Shown: piece by piece, positions 25,103-38,295 of the stretch | Layout: each line of letters begins with the position of its first letter | How positions within the stretch are numbered: the first letter of the stretch is position 1 | Assembly: GCA_951406725.2 (NCBI GenBank) | Contig: OX597826.1 | Coordinates: 46,376,001 to 46,440,000 of the forward strand | Direction: 5' to 3' | DNA length: 64,000 bases | From: Octopus vulgaris | Lineage: Eukaryota | Position numbers and translations under genes: made by a program | The notes under the pieces: model-generated | Told to the model about the DNA's origin: nothing | What the model saw: the letters and a program-made list of their open reading frames with translations, nothing else | Databases searched by the model: none

Positions 25103-26629
25103 TTACATATATGTGTATGTGTGTGCATATATATATATATATATGCATGTATATATGTATGTATATGGGAGATTGAAGCTAAATGAATTCAATATATACA
25201 ACACTAGTATAACACAAGGAATTCACGTTTGTCGTCCTTAAATAAGGAATAAATCGGAATTTAAGATTTCTAGTGTACAAGCAGATTTCTCTCACACTCA
25301 TTCATACTCCCACTCACCTACATCTCTGTCTCTATCTCTCTCTCTTTTTCTCCTCTCTCTCGCATCTTCTCTTATTCTCCCTCCATCGTTTTCGCTCAAT
25401 CTTATTCTTCTCTCCTTACATGCAAACGCGCTCACACACACACACACACATTAACAAAACACACATACACACTTTATTATGAATGAGGGATATTACACTT
25501 CAGTATGAACACAAAGATGACAAGCACACATGCAAACACACAGATGGATTAATGTATACGTATGCAGATATGCCTGTATGTAAGTGCATACGTAAGTCTG
25601 TGTGTGAGTCTATAGGTGTCTCTGTGCATGTGTGTGCGTGTGCATGTGTGCATTTATGTGTTCAATGTGCATGCATTTCTGTGTGAATCGTTGTGCAAAA
25701 GGATGCAGGAACATTTCAAACAGCAAATAAAAACAGGATAAATAAACTTTAACTTAGCAATCTCTGGCTTTTACATAGAACTAACAAAACAAAATTTCAA
25801 GAATATATTTACCTATAAAAATTAATGCACGTATATAAATACATACGTATATACATATATATACAGACACAGATCCATGTATGTGCGCACATGTATGTGT
25901 ACGTGGATATATGCACAGTGTACAGAAATGTGTAAGACACATACAAAGTTATGTGTGTGTGTGTATGTGTGTGTGTGTATTCACATATACACTCGTATAT
26001 ACTTCCACGTAAACATTCAAATATACATATATGTAACTGTATGAAAAGAATATACTGGAATTACATATACATATATACACATTGAAAATGGAAACATGTG
26101 ACTTTGCATGTATACATATGTGCGTGTGCATATACGTATATATACACACACACACACACATATATATAGATTTACATACACACTTGTATGTATGTGTATA
26201 TATATATACACTTAAACAAACATATCACTATAAAAGCACCATCTTTAAAAAGAAATTAAAATAAAATATATATAAATAGATTTTTATATATCTACATATA
26301 TATTTAAATATATATATATATATATGTATATATTTAAATATATATATATATATATGTATATATTTAAATATACATATATATGTATATATACGCACACACA
26401 TATATATAAATAACTATTTATCTATCTACACACATACGTATATATATTTTCAAAGGTGAAGACGAAAAGGAGTTTCTTACCAAAGAAAATCTATAAAATT
26501 CAATACAAGAATTCCTATAAGTTTCTGTACATAGATTATATGCAGGATTAACCAAAGAATATATTTGTTATTGGATAGTTTCACCAAAGAAAAGGTTTCC
26601 AATTTATATACAGATTAAATCGGAATGCA

Positions 26630-26760
26630 ATTTAGTCATTGGTGCGGCGATGATGTTTGTGTTTGAACCAAGGTTTCCTAAGATTCTCGCTCACTGTATC
26701 TACATTGGCTGACGCACCATAACACCACAGCACAGCACAGCACCGCCGCACCAACTTTCA
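26630..26760 (-). promoter_or_regulatory. Possible promoter or regulatory island
   Basis: Locally GC/CpG-richer. Two CCAAT boxes on the minus strand (ATTGG at 26638 and 26704), CRE-like TGACGCA at 26710, and a minus-strand donor TTG/GTAAGA downstream at 26481/26480. Confidence 0.3.
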
Positions 26761-27194
26761 AAGTGAATTTTTCAAAATTTGTAAATCACTAATGCTATCG
26801 TTAATATCAAACAATGTTCACAGACTTGGTCTCACAAATGCACACACCCACAAACACTCGCACACATGTGGAGGATTTTTTAGAACAGCCCCCACCACAC
26901 ACACATACACACATACACATACATGTATAATGTGTGGGTGTGCGTATATATGTATTTGCACATGGCTGTGTTGTTGTGAAATTCACTTTGCAACCATGGG
27001 GTCTGAAGCTCAGTTCCACTTCATGGAATCTTGAAAGCAAGTATCTTCTTTTATAACCCAGGGCCAATCAGTGATTAATTAGCGAGTGTAATTGGTATGT
27101 AGCAACTGCAATAGAGCTAGTTATGTATTTATGAAATATATATGTGTGTGTACATATATGTATGTATGTATGTGTGTGTGTGTGTGTGTGTGTG

Positions 27195-27612
27195 GTTTAG
27201 TGGTTAAGGTATTAGGCTCATGGTTTTAAGGTTGTAAGTTCAATTCCCAGTAATGCATTGCATTCTTGAGCAAACATAGCTGTGTGCAGCTTGCTTTCCA
27301 ACCACATGGTTTTGGGTTCAGTCCTGCTGCATGGCACCTTGGGCAAGTATTTTCTACTATAAGTCTCAGGCTCACCAAAGCCTTGTGGGTGGATTTGGTA
27401 GACAGAAACTGAAAGAAGCCCATCCTATATACCAACATACATACATACATGCATACATACATACGTGTGTGTGTGTGTGTATATGTATATATTTATGTGT
27501 GTGTGTGTCCGTATTTGTCCCATTACCACCACCATTGCTTGACAACCAATGTTGGTGTGTTTATACCTCTGTAACTTGGAGGATCAACAGAAGAGATCGA
27601 TAGAATAAGTAC
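27195..27612 (+). mobile_element. Family B-like SINE head fragment followed by a truncated family A SINE
   Basis: GTGGTTAAGG...TTCTTGAGCAA, then GCTTGCTTTCCAACCACATGG...GATAGAATAAGTAC. Confidence 0.75.
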
Positions 27613-27662
27613 CATATATATATATGTATGTATATATACATATGTACATACATATATGTATG

Positions 27663-28035
27663 TAGGCGCAGGAGTGGCTGTGTGGTAAGTAGCTTGCTTA
27701 CCAACCACATGGTTCCGGGTTCAGTCCCACTGCGTGGCACCTTGGGCAAGTGTCTTCTATAGCCTCGGGCCGACCAAAGCCTTGTGAGTGGATTTGGTAG
27801 ACGGAAACTGAAAGAAGCCCGTCGCATATATGTATATATATGTGTGTGTGCGTGTGTTTGTGTGTCTGTGTTTGTCCCCCTAGCATTGCTTGACAACCGA
27901 TGCTGGTGTGTTTATGTCCCCGTCACTTAACGGTTCGGCAAAAGAGACCGATAGAATAAGTCCCGGGGTCGAGTTGCTCAACTAAAGACGGTGCTCCAGC
28001 ATGGCCGCAGTCAAATGACTGAAACAAGTAAAAGA
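27663..28035 (+). mobile_element. SINE family A, young full-length copy
   Basis: CpG-intact head, internal microsatellite and tail. Confidence 0.92.
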
Positions 28036-28063
28036 AAGAAAGAAATATATGTATACAAGCATA

Positions 28064-28501
28064 CATATATGGGTACAGGACATCACAAAACGTAAACAAC
28101 ATGAAATACAAAACATATAATTGGGTACGCAAAAAACAAGAGAAACAAATGGAAAACAAACCAGTAACATAAAAAAAAACCAACCCTTCTACTACTTATT
28201 TCGAGAATTGAATGACAATATAAGACTTTGAAAGCAGTTGTTCCCACGAACCAAAATAAAATTTGGGATTTGCAGAGGGTAAAAGTTGGTAACAAAAACA
28301 GGACATACAATGCACGAAATAAGGAATAGAAGGACAGCCGACAACTGATGAAGGGTCGTTTTTTATGTTACTTGTCTTATTTTCCATTTGTTACTCTCGC
28401 TCTTTGCATAATCTTACAAAGGCTGTGCTTTATTTTGTTAGTTACTATACTAGAATTTAATTATAGAAAATAAAAAAGATATTACGCTGTACCCATATAT
28501 G
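28064..28501. mobile_element. Foldback element with long imperfect inverted arms
   Basis: CATATATGGGTACAG / CTGTACCCATATATG at the ends; inner arms at about 28143-28188 and 28351-28393. Confidence 0.7.
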
Positions 28502-28519
28502 CATACCTATATACATATA

Positions 28520-28800
28520 TCATCATCACCATCATCATCATCATCATCATCATCGTTCAGCGTCCGCTTTCCATGCTAGCATGGGTTGGATAGTTCAACT
28601 GGGGTCTGGGAAGCCAGAAGGCTGCACCAGGCCCAGTCTGATCTGGCAATGTTTCTACAGCTGGATGCCCTTCCTAACGTCAACCACTTCATGAGTGTAG
28701 TGGGTGCTTTTTACATGCCACCGGCACAGGTGCCAGACGAGTCTGGCAAATGGCCACGATCAGATGGTGCTTTTTATGTGCCACCGGCACGGGGGCCAGG
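28520..28800 (-). mobile_element. RTE LINE 3' UTR fragment
   Basis: (CAT)n tail plus family motifs. Confidence 0.85.
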
Positions 28801-29149
28801 CGATGTATATATGCATATATATATATTGTTTATATATATATTATACATATACATATGTGTGTGTGACGTGTGTGTTTACCCATATGTACAAATACTGAAA
28901 ACATTCCCAAAAGTGTATGAAATACAAATAATTTCACATAGACTAAAAGAATTTAGAGTGTCAACAAAGAAATACAATACAATGAAATACAATACAAAAA
29001 AAATACCAATCCTTTGTCCCACTGGTGTACAACACCGTCCACCAGTGTTGCAATACTATGCACAGGGAAATCTGTAGGTTGCTTTTCAGGATTTGCAAGT
29101 GATAAAAACACATTAGCAGTATGCGTATGCACCATTAATATAAGAATTG

Positions 29150-29462
29150 AATACTAAAGCATTGAAAAGATACACATACACACACACACATACATATATA
29201 AATACACACACACACACATATATATATATACACACAAATATATACACACACATACATATATATATATATACACAAATATATACACACACATACATATATA
29301 TATATATACATAGAATATATATATACACACACACATAGATACATATATATACACACACACATAGATACATATATATACACACACAGAAATACATATATAT
29401 ATACACAAACACAGATACATATATACACACATACACACACACACACACACACGTGTGTGTGT
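29150..29462. repeat. (CA)n/(TA)n compound microsatellite
   Basis: Direct reading. Confidence 0.95.
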
Positions 29463-29784
29463 AGAGGCATTCACAATTTTTCTCTGCTGAGTGAGATATA
29501 GAGTAACAAAAGAGAAAATCTTATTTCATCATCCCCAGAGGAAATAAAAGGTGAAGTTAGCCTAGGTAGGATTTGAACTCAGAATGTAAAAATGGTGCCT
29601 AAATACCATAAAGCAGTTTTTTTCTTTCTTTTCTTTTCTTTTTTTTTTTTTTTTGCACTACTCATATGCTTCCACCACCATAAAATAAAGGTTGTGTCTT
29701 TGAAATACAATTATAATAACATTAAATATGATGCACATAACACATTGTTATCCCACAATATTGAAGTGAGGGTGTATGACCGTG

Positions 29785-29823
<39 letters not shown>

Positions 29824-31345
29824 ACACACATATGTATCATGTTGTTAACAACAAGCTATAAAGAAACTGTCAGCAGTGAAAGCCAAAATGCTGGTCTGTT
29901 ATCACACAATAGAAATATGGCCAGTTATAACCAGATACAGATTCCAATAAACCAGACTACACAATACCAATAAGCAATAAAGCAATATAGTAAGTTATAA
30001 AAGATATATCGTTATAAAAGATATAAATACAGAGCACCATAAAGCTTGTTACACAACAGCAATAAACAATCTAACATGAGCAAGCAACGATATGCACAAA
30101 ATGTTAGAAAAATTAAACGAATAAATAGGAAAAGGTGATAAGGAGGGTTGGACTACGGGAGACGAAGAAGGGGACAAAGGGGCGGATAGAAAAATAGTTT
30201 TCATATTTTGGATACGTGTGCGAAGGGATGCAATGATTCTGAATAGCATTTGTAAAGAGAAAAAAATAGTGGCGGAATGGTAAGTAATAAAAGTGAAAGG
30301 AGAAGAAAATTCCAAAAAAGAAAGGGCAAGATGTAGGATTGCTGCCAACGTCGCAAATATATAGGGAGGAGCAGTTCATATTGAAATCACTATAATACAG
30401 AAAGTGAAATGCTTAGGTAAGATATTTTATTTGATGCAGACAGAGTCGGCATTTTTTGGTTGGAGTTTTTCACAATTTTCTACAATTCAACTTTGTATGA
30501 GTTAAGGGAAAAATTTGGAGATATGAAAAAATTCTTCAAAAGCAATTTTTTTTTTAAATAAGCATGGCTGCATTGTTAAAAAGTTGACTTTGCAATCACA
30601 TGCTTTCGGGTTCAGTCCCACTGTACAGCACCTTGGGCAAGTGTCTTCTACTATAGTAACAGTGCCAGGCTGAATAATGACTAAATATTTGGTAAATAGA
30701 ATCTGAAAGAAGCAGGTCCCATATTGATAGAATAAGTTACCAACCATTTACTAAAGCTGATTCATTTGGCTAAAATTCTTCAAGGTGGTGCACAGCCTAA
30801 TAACTAAAATATTCATCATCATCATCATTTAACATCTGTTGTCCATGCTGGCATGGGTTGGACGGTGTGACTGAGCTGGCATGCTGGAGGGCAGCACAAG
30901 ACACTAGTCTGATTTAGTATGCTTTTCATACATAAATGTGAGTGTGTGTGTGTGTGTGTGCTTCATTGTGAGTGTTTCTGTTTCTGTCTCCCTATTTTAA
31001 CATTACGTGAGAGCTGTAAAATGATTATCACTGTCATACAAGCAGTATTGTTCATTTCCAATATTCTGCGAGAAGACATCGGGTCATGTGGAAATATTAC
31101 CTTGCTTGGAAACAGGTGAGGATTGGTGACAGGAAAGGAATCCAGCTATAGAAATTCCACCTCAATAAACTCCATCCATGTCGAACAAGCATGGAAAAGT
31201 GCATGATAAAATGATCGTGATGGCCTCTGAAATGCTGAGTGTTGTCTTCCCAAAAGGTGGCTATGAATTATCATAACTTCTTTGGTTTAATTCACTTTCT
31301 GATTCATGTATTTGGTAGTTTTTAAAAATTTATATCACCTCACAG

Positions 31346-31655
31346 CAGTGATTCTCAACTAGGGTCCATATGGCTTCTGAGGGTTCATATAAGATTTTTG
31401 GGGGTCTATGCAACAAAATAGTAAATTGGGGATTCACCATAGTATTTCAAGGGCCCCAGAATAAATTTTCCTTCAAATGTATTTATTGGTATGTATTGAA
31501 GAAACAGCTAGATTTCTTTCTCAAATATTTTTCATAGTTCAACCTATGCAAGTTTCTATAAAACTAGTTATTAAACATTGAATGACTACAAAGGTCTGCC
31601 AGAATAAAATAGTAATCAAAGAGGTCCATAGATAAAAAATAGTTGAGAACCCCTG
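31346..31655. mobile_element. hAT (Charlie-like) MITE
   Basis: TIR CAGTGATTCTCAACT...AGTTGAGAACCCCTG; decayed 8-bp TSD CCTCACAG/CATTACAG. Confidence 0.8.
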
Positions 31656-31829
31656 CATTACAGTCAGGGCATTTCTAATACAGTGATAGTAATAAGGGAT
31701 TGTCTGCAAAGTTTAAACAGAACAAATACTACACAGTCATAATTTTAAAATATAACATGGCGACAATTTTCTGATCACACCCTGTATATACATATATGTG
31801 TGTGTGAGTGTGTGTGTGTGTATGTATGT

Positions 31830-32400
31830 ATGTATATATATGAGTGTGTGTATGTATATATGTATAAATGGTTGAATCATCAGTATGTCAGTCAAAATGC
31901 TTAGTGGCTTTTCATCCATCTTTCATTCTGAGTTTAAATTCCCTGAAGATCAACTTTGCCTACCATCGTTTCAGGTCAATAAAATAAGTAGCAGTCCAGC
32001 ACTGGGGTTAATATAATCGATTAGCTCCTTTCCCAAAAACTGCTGGTTTTGTGCCGAAATTTGAAACCGTTATTATTATTTATAAGAACCACTTAAAGAC
32101 TCTTGTGAAATTCAACTACCCAGCGCTTCCTGGTCAGAACATTAAATATATTTTGCCACTTCAACGGAGCCGCAAATGCAAAATATAAGTTAGTCCTAGA
32201 GTGCACAATGTTCCTGAAGGTCGGCAATGGTCTTCCTCGGTCACAAGTGGACAGCCATCATGTATATATATGTGTGAGTGTATGTATATATGTATAAATG
32301 GTTGAATCATCAGTACATCAGGCAAAATGCTCAGTGGCATTTCATCCATCTTTCATTCTGAGTTTAAACTCCCTGAAGATCAACTTTGCCTACCATCGTC
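31830..32400 (+). repeat. Local duplication of about 145 bp (microsatellite plus SINE D head)
   Basis: About 31830-31970 and 32260-32400 share private variants such as TCCCTGAAGATCAACTTTGCCTACCATCGT. Confidence 0.85.
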
Positions 32401-32404
32401 ATAC

Positions 32405-32459
<55 letters not shown>

Positions 32460-32620
32460 ATACACATATATATATACATATATACATATACACACACATA
32501 TATGTATATATACACAAACATATACATACATACACATACATATATACATACATGTACATATACACATACATACATGTACATATATATACATATATATATA
32601 CATACATATATACAAATACA

Positions 32621-32702
<82 letters not shown>

Positions 32703-32778
32703 AATACATATATACATATATAAATACATATATATACATATACAAATACATATATATATACATTTACAAGATACATAT

Positions 32779-32822
<44 letters not shown>

Positions 32823-33254
32823 TACACATATATATATACACATAAATATACATATACACACATATATATATGTATATATACACAAACATATACATACATA
32901 CATATACATACATACACATACATATATACATACATGTACATATATATATACATATATACATACACATAGACATATACATATATATACATATACATACAAA
33001 TACACATATACACATATATATATATATACATATATAAATACATATATATACATATACAAATACATATATATATACATTTACAAATACATATATATACATA
33101 TACAAATATATATATATATACATATACATACTTATACATGTGCATATACTTATATATACATATATATATATATACATACATATATATATACATACATACA
33201 TATACATACATACATACATATACATACATACATACATATACATACATACATATA

Positions 33255-33288
<34 letters not shown>

Positions 33289-33309
33289 CATACATATACA
33301 TACATACAT

Positions 33310-33366
<57 letters not shown>

Positions 33367-33465
33367 CATACATATATATACATATACATATACATACATA
33401 TATATATACATATACACACACACACACACAAATATATACATATACTTATGTACATGCACACACAC
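32400..33465. repeat. About 1-kb compound (TA)n/(CA)n/(TACA)n microsatellite
   Basis: Direct reading. Confidence 0.95.
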
Positions 33466-34261
33466 CCCAAAGTCTTATCATCTGAACTTGCAATGATAAA
33501 ATTATGATATATGTTAAGTTTAAAATTATTCAATATCTGTAAAAACTCCAGTCATTTGTGGCTACCAATATCTTTGTCATTAGCAAACATTAACATCAAA
33601 GCCATGATTATTCAATGCTAATGTAATGCCTATCATTATCCGACACCAGTGAAATATTAAATCCAGCCTGGCAGGACAAAATCAATTATTTCACATAACG
33701 AACATAAAATTAGCAATTACCTAGAATTACTCATCCTTGTCTATCATTATTGCAAAAGTCAATCATTAAGGTAAAAATCAATATAAAGTCTATATAACCA
33801 CACATTAAAACATATTATATCGCCACACATAACAATATTGTCGGTTTCCTATTTAAACATTGAATTTTTTTCCTATTTCTTTTATTACCTGAGATTTTGC
33901 TTTCTGTCTTTTTTTGTTTTTTTTTTTGGAGCTGTTGTCTTTTTTTTTTCTTTTTTAACACAGACATTTTCAAATTCGAATATCAACTAAAATATATTCT
34001 TCAAATGTATGAAGCATTTATATAAACAGTGCAACAGAATATATATATATATATATATATACACACACTAGTTTTGTGTGTACAGTTAGAAGCAGGATTA
34101 CTAGTGGTATGTTTGGAGCTCCATGCATAGCATCACTATCCTATTACCAGTGTAGGTATAATATATATATATTTCCCCCTATGTTCCCTGTCTCCCCATT
34201 TTCCATAAAAATTCCTTATTTCCAACTCAAATATTTACCTCTATTTAACCATCTCACATCA

Positions 34262-34307
34262 TCTCTGATGAAGGGATATCCCTAATATCCCAGAAACAGC
34301 TGTAAGA
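34262..34307 (+). ncRNA. Type I hammerhead ribozyme motif in a ~215-bp element between (TA)n runs
   Basis: TCT-CTGATGA-A-GGGATAT/CCCTA/ATATCCC-A-GAAA-CAGCTG-TA^-AGA; palindromic stem III ACAGCTGT. Confidence 0.7.
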
Positions 34308-34379
34308 CTATATCGATATCATTTTCTTTATAAATGCCCTAAAAACTATTCACAGCCTTAGCTTTGTTATCTCATTTTG

Positions 34380-34419
<40 letters not shown>

Positions 34420-34604
34420 CTCTGTCTTCCCTTCTCTGTATAACGATATAGACCCTCCTTCTTTCCTTCTTTCTTGAGCGTCCACAATACTATATTTGTT
34501 CCACGTCCTCCGTTGTTGTGTTTTTTTGTGCTTTCTTGTTTGGATTAACTTTATATATATATATATATATATATATGTTTGTATAATATATAGATAGATA
34601 AATA

Positions 34605-34980
34605 GGTGCTGGTGTGGCCATGTAGAAAAAAAAGCTTGCTTCCCAACCACATGGTTCCAGGTTCAGTCCCATTGTATGGCATATTGGGCGTATTCTACTG
34701 TAGCTTCAGGCCAACCAAAGCCTAGTGAGTGAATTTGGTAGACAGAATCTGTAAGAGGCCTGTCGTGTGTGTGTGCATATGATTGTTTGAGTTTGTCTCT
34801 CACCAGTTTGACAACCGGTGTTAGTTTGTTTTCGTCCCTATAACTTAGTAGTTCGCCAAAAGAGAACAACAGAATGAGTACCAGTTTAAAACAAAATAGT
34901 ACTCAGGTCATTTCATTTGACTAAAAACTTTTCAAGATGGTGCCCCAGCAAGGTAACAGTCTAATGACTGAAGCAAGTAA
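34605..34980 (+). mobile_element. SINE family A, diverged
   Basis: Recognisable head and tail. Confidence 0.8.
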
Positions 34981-35104
34981 ACGATACACATATATCTACA
35001 GGTGTCGATAGAGTAGTTTGCTAAGTGATAATGTATGAAACTCTCGGACCTTGAGTCACTCTGATGCTTCCACAAAATATCAATAAAAATATACACACAC
35101 ACAC

Positions 35105-35136
<32 letters not shown>

Positions 35137-35137
<1 letters not shown>

Positions 35138-35530
35138 GGAGTGGCTGTGTGGTAAGTAGCTTGCTTACCAACCACATGGTTCCGGGTTCAGTCCCACTGC
35201 ATGGCATCTTGGGCAAGTGTCTTCTACTATAGCCTCGGACCAACCAAAGCCTCGTGAGTGGATTTGGTAGACGTAAATCGAAAGAAGGCCGCCGTATATA
35301 TGTATATATATATGTGTGTGTGTATGTTTGTGTGTCTGTGTTTGTCCCCCTAGCATTGATTGACAACCAATGCTGGTGTGTTTATGTCCCCGTCACTTAG
35401 TGGTTAGGCAAAAGAGACTGATAGAATAAGTACTAGGCTTACAAAGAATAAGTAATAGGGTCGATTTGCTTGACTAAAGGCGGTGCTCCAGCATGGCCGC
35501 AGTCAAATGACAAACAAGTAAAAGAGAGTA
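35137..35530 (+). mobile_element. SINE family A, full length
   Basis: Matches 27663-28035. Confidence 0.9.
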
Positions 35531-35542
35531 AGAGTATATATA

Positions 35543-35738
35543 ATCATCATCATCATCATCATCATCATCATTTAGCGTCCGTTCTCCATGCTAGCATGGG
35601 TTGGACGGTTCAACTGGGGTCTGTGAAGCTGGAAGGCTTCATCAGGCCCAGTCAAATCTGGCAGTGTTTCTACGGCTGGATGCCCTTCCTAACGCCAACC
35701 ACTCCGTGAGTGTAGTGGGTGCTTTTTACGTGCCACCC
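35543..35738 (-). mobile_element. RTE LINE 3' UTR fragment
   Basis: Nearly identical to 46081-46272. Confidence 0.85.
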
Positions 35739-35856
35739 GTATATATATATATATATATATATATAGGGAAAGTTTACGAAAAAAACAAAAGACGAAGACA
35801 GGTGGTGTACAAAACAAACAGATGTATTAGTATAGCGCTCAGGAATAGAAAAAAGT

Positions 35857-35892
35857 CTTTTACGTTTTGAGCCTACGCTCTTCTACAGAAAG
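35857..35892 (-). ncRNA. Degenerate minimal hammerhead-like motif in a ~180-bp element between (TA)n runs
   Basis: Minus strand CTTT-CTGTAGA-A-GAGC/GTAG/GCTC-AAAA-CG-TA^-AAAG: helices intact, two core substitutions. Confidence 0.5.
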
Positions 35893-36078
35893 GTACACAG
35901 AAAAAATAAGGAGAGAAAAAAATGTGTGTAGTGGCTAGCGATCTATATATATATATATATATATCAGAGATATATATTTGTTAGGAATAGCTCTAGCATA
36001 ACCAAAGCCTTGAGTGCATTTGGGGTAGGTAAAAGCTGAAAGAAGCCCCATATAAAAAAATATATATATATATATTTA

Positions 36079-36575
36079 CAGGGTGTCCCAAAATGATGTA
36101 CTCACTCATTGATAGATGATGTATGGGCTTACCTCAATGCAACAAATCCAAACAAATGGATTGGGAAGAGAGGTAGCATTGAATTTCCTGCACGTTCCCC
36201 AGACTTTACGCCAATAGATTTTTTTTTTTTATGGGGACATCTCAAAGATAAGGTTAACGCTGCAAAACCAGTGACAAGTGATGATTTGAAAAATGAAATT
36301 CGAATAGAATGTCTTGCAATTCCAAATGAAATGTTTGGCAATGTTGTCAAATCCATTGTTGGACGTTATCAACTTTGTTTTTGGAAACTGAAGGAAGGCA
36401 GTTTGAACATTTACGAACACGCAGGGATGAGAGAGAACATTAAATAATTCTAAATGACAATAAATAATCGTTTCTACAACAATTAATTTTCCTGAATTTA
36501 ATTTAACTTTTTAGGATTGTATGTATATCAATAAACCTCTACTTGAACACAAAATGCATGAGTACTGGGAACCTG
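36079..36575 (+). mobile_element. Internally deleted Tc1/mariner element with transposase C-terminal relic (DDxD type, maT/rosa-like)
   Basis: ORF 36109-36447 contains KWIGKRGSIEFPARSPDFTPIDFFFLWGHLKDKV; left TIR TA-CAGGGTGTCCCA; decayed right end TGGGAACCTG-TA. Confidence 0.88.
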
Positions 36576-36840
36576 TATATATATATCTATCAACAGAGTG
36601 GCTCAAGGACTGAGAGTTTCATGTGAGGGAACTTATCAAATATTAATAAAAATATACATTTACTCATATTTTGTGTTCTATTTTTCTTACTTGCATTACT
36701 TGTGTGTGTGTGTGTTTGTCCCACCATTAGAAAACCAATGTTGGTTTATTTATGACCCTATAACTTAGTGGTTCGGCAAATGACTAAATGCTAGGCTAAA
36801 AAAAAAAGCACAGGGGTCAATTTGTTTGATTAAAACCCCT

Positions 36841-37068
36841 TTAACCATTTAGCATTTAGACTGGCCATATTCGGCCAAAATATTCTGTTTGTTTTATGCT
36901 CAAACTTGCTAAATCCAGTCTCTCACACCAACCCTACAATGCCATGCTAAAAGTAAACAATCCCATAATAGAAATCTCAAAGCTACAAAATAATGCATGA
37001 TTAATTCAAAACGATGTGAATAAATAAGCTTTATATTTGACAGACTAATATGAATGCTAAAGAGTTAA
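36841..37068. mobile_element. piggyBac-type MITE inserted in a SINE A tail
   Basis: TTAA-CCATTTAGCATT...AATGCTAAAGAG-TTAA; SINE tail sequence resumes on both sides. Confidence 0.8.
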
Positions 37069-38295
37069 GGTAGTGATCCAGCATGGCCAGAGTCCAATGC
37101 CAAAAACAAGTAAAGGATAAATGATGAAAGATAATTTCAACAGACAAATATGACATTTGTACGTTACTGCATATGCTTTTGACAAGTTGTGGTGCACCTG
37201 AGCACTGTATACAATAATTTCATTATTATTATTATTATTATCATTATTATTATTATTAGATATCAGAGCCTTACTATAGGTAAAGTGCTGTTGGTACTCA
37301 AATACTGTCACAGTCGGCATATTAATTCACATGCTGCTGCTGTAGTTGTTGTTGTTTTTGGTCAAAGGCCAGACGTGATGGAGCAGAGCTATGATCAAAA
37401 ATATTCCAGCTATGGCCATATCATCATCATCATCATCGTTTAACGTCTGCTCCCCATGCTGGCATGGGTTGGATGGTTTAACATGGAGCTGGCTACCAGG
37501 GAGCTGTCCAGATTCCAACTGTCTGTTGTGGCATGGTTTCCATGGCTGGATGCTCTTACTAATGCCAACATCATTTTTGTATATATACATTGTCTAATAT
37601 ATCCATTTTTTCACTCAGATGATTTGAGGGAGATTTGGCTGTTATTTCTAGTCGGTTAAGCAGCAACTGTCTATAAGTTTTCTCATAGTTTGTGATGCTG
37701 AAATGAAGAAGCTGGTCAGATTCACAGTCGAAAAGATGGGACATTTCAAATTTGCTTAATTGAAATATATTAATAAACAGAATGAGTTGAGCTTGCATTT
37801 TTAAAGCTAATTAAAGGTCTTTGATATAGCTTGACCTAACACTCGTCAAAACCATCAATATATTTCCATTACACTGAGTACAATATGTAAATCTGCTGTT
37901 CATTAGACAATTAATAGCTGGATCAAGCCAGATGGAAATATATTTCTTTCTCATCAATAAATAACAAGAAGAAGGATTGGAGACAGCTGGGTTGGTGTTG
38001 CAGGGGGGGGGGGGAGAATAAGAGAAGGGGAAGAGGGAGAAGAGGAGGAGGTGGAATATTAACCAAAAAAAAAAAAAGAAAATGAAATAAACAGCAAAAA
38101 AAAAAAAAAAAACTGTAAACCTATAAAGATTTCCAAAAAGAAAAAACGGTATTTAGCCAAAAGACACCTGTCTTTGAATAAAGAACATATTACACCAAGA
38201 TGGCTACTATAATAAAATGTTCCCAGCTGCCTCAGAGAATTACAGAGATTCACGAGGAGATTTATGAGGCAAATTAAAACAAACAAGAACCATAC

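Noticed and set aside
2542-33533. Long ORFs rich in YI/CV/HT dipeptides (for example 32408-33427, 339 aa; 4711-5574, 287 aa)
   Set aside because: Translations of dinucleotide microsatellites that lack stop codons; not genes.
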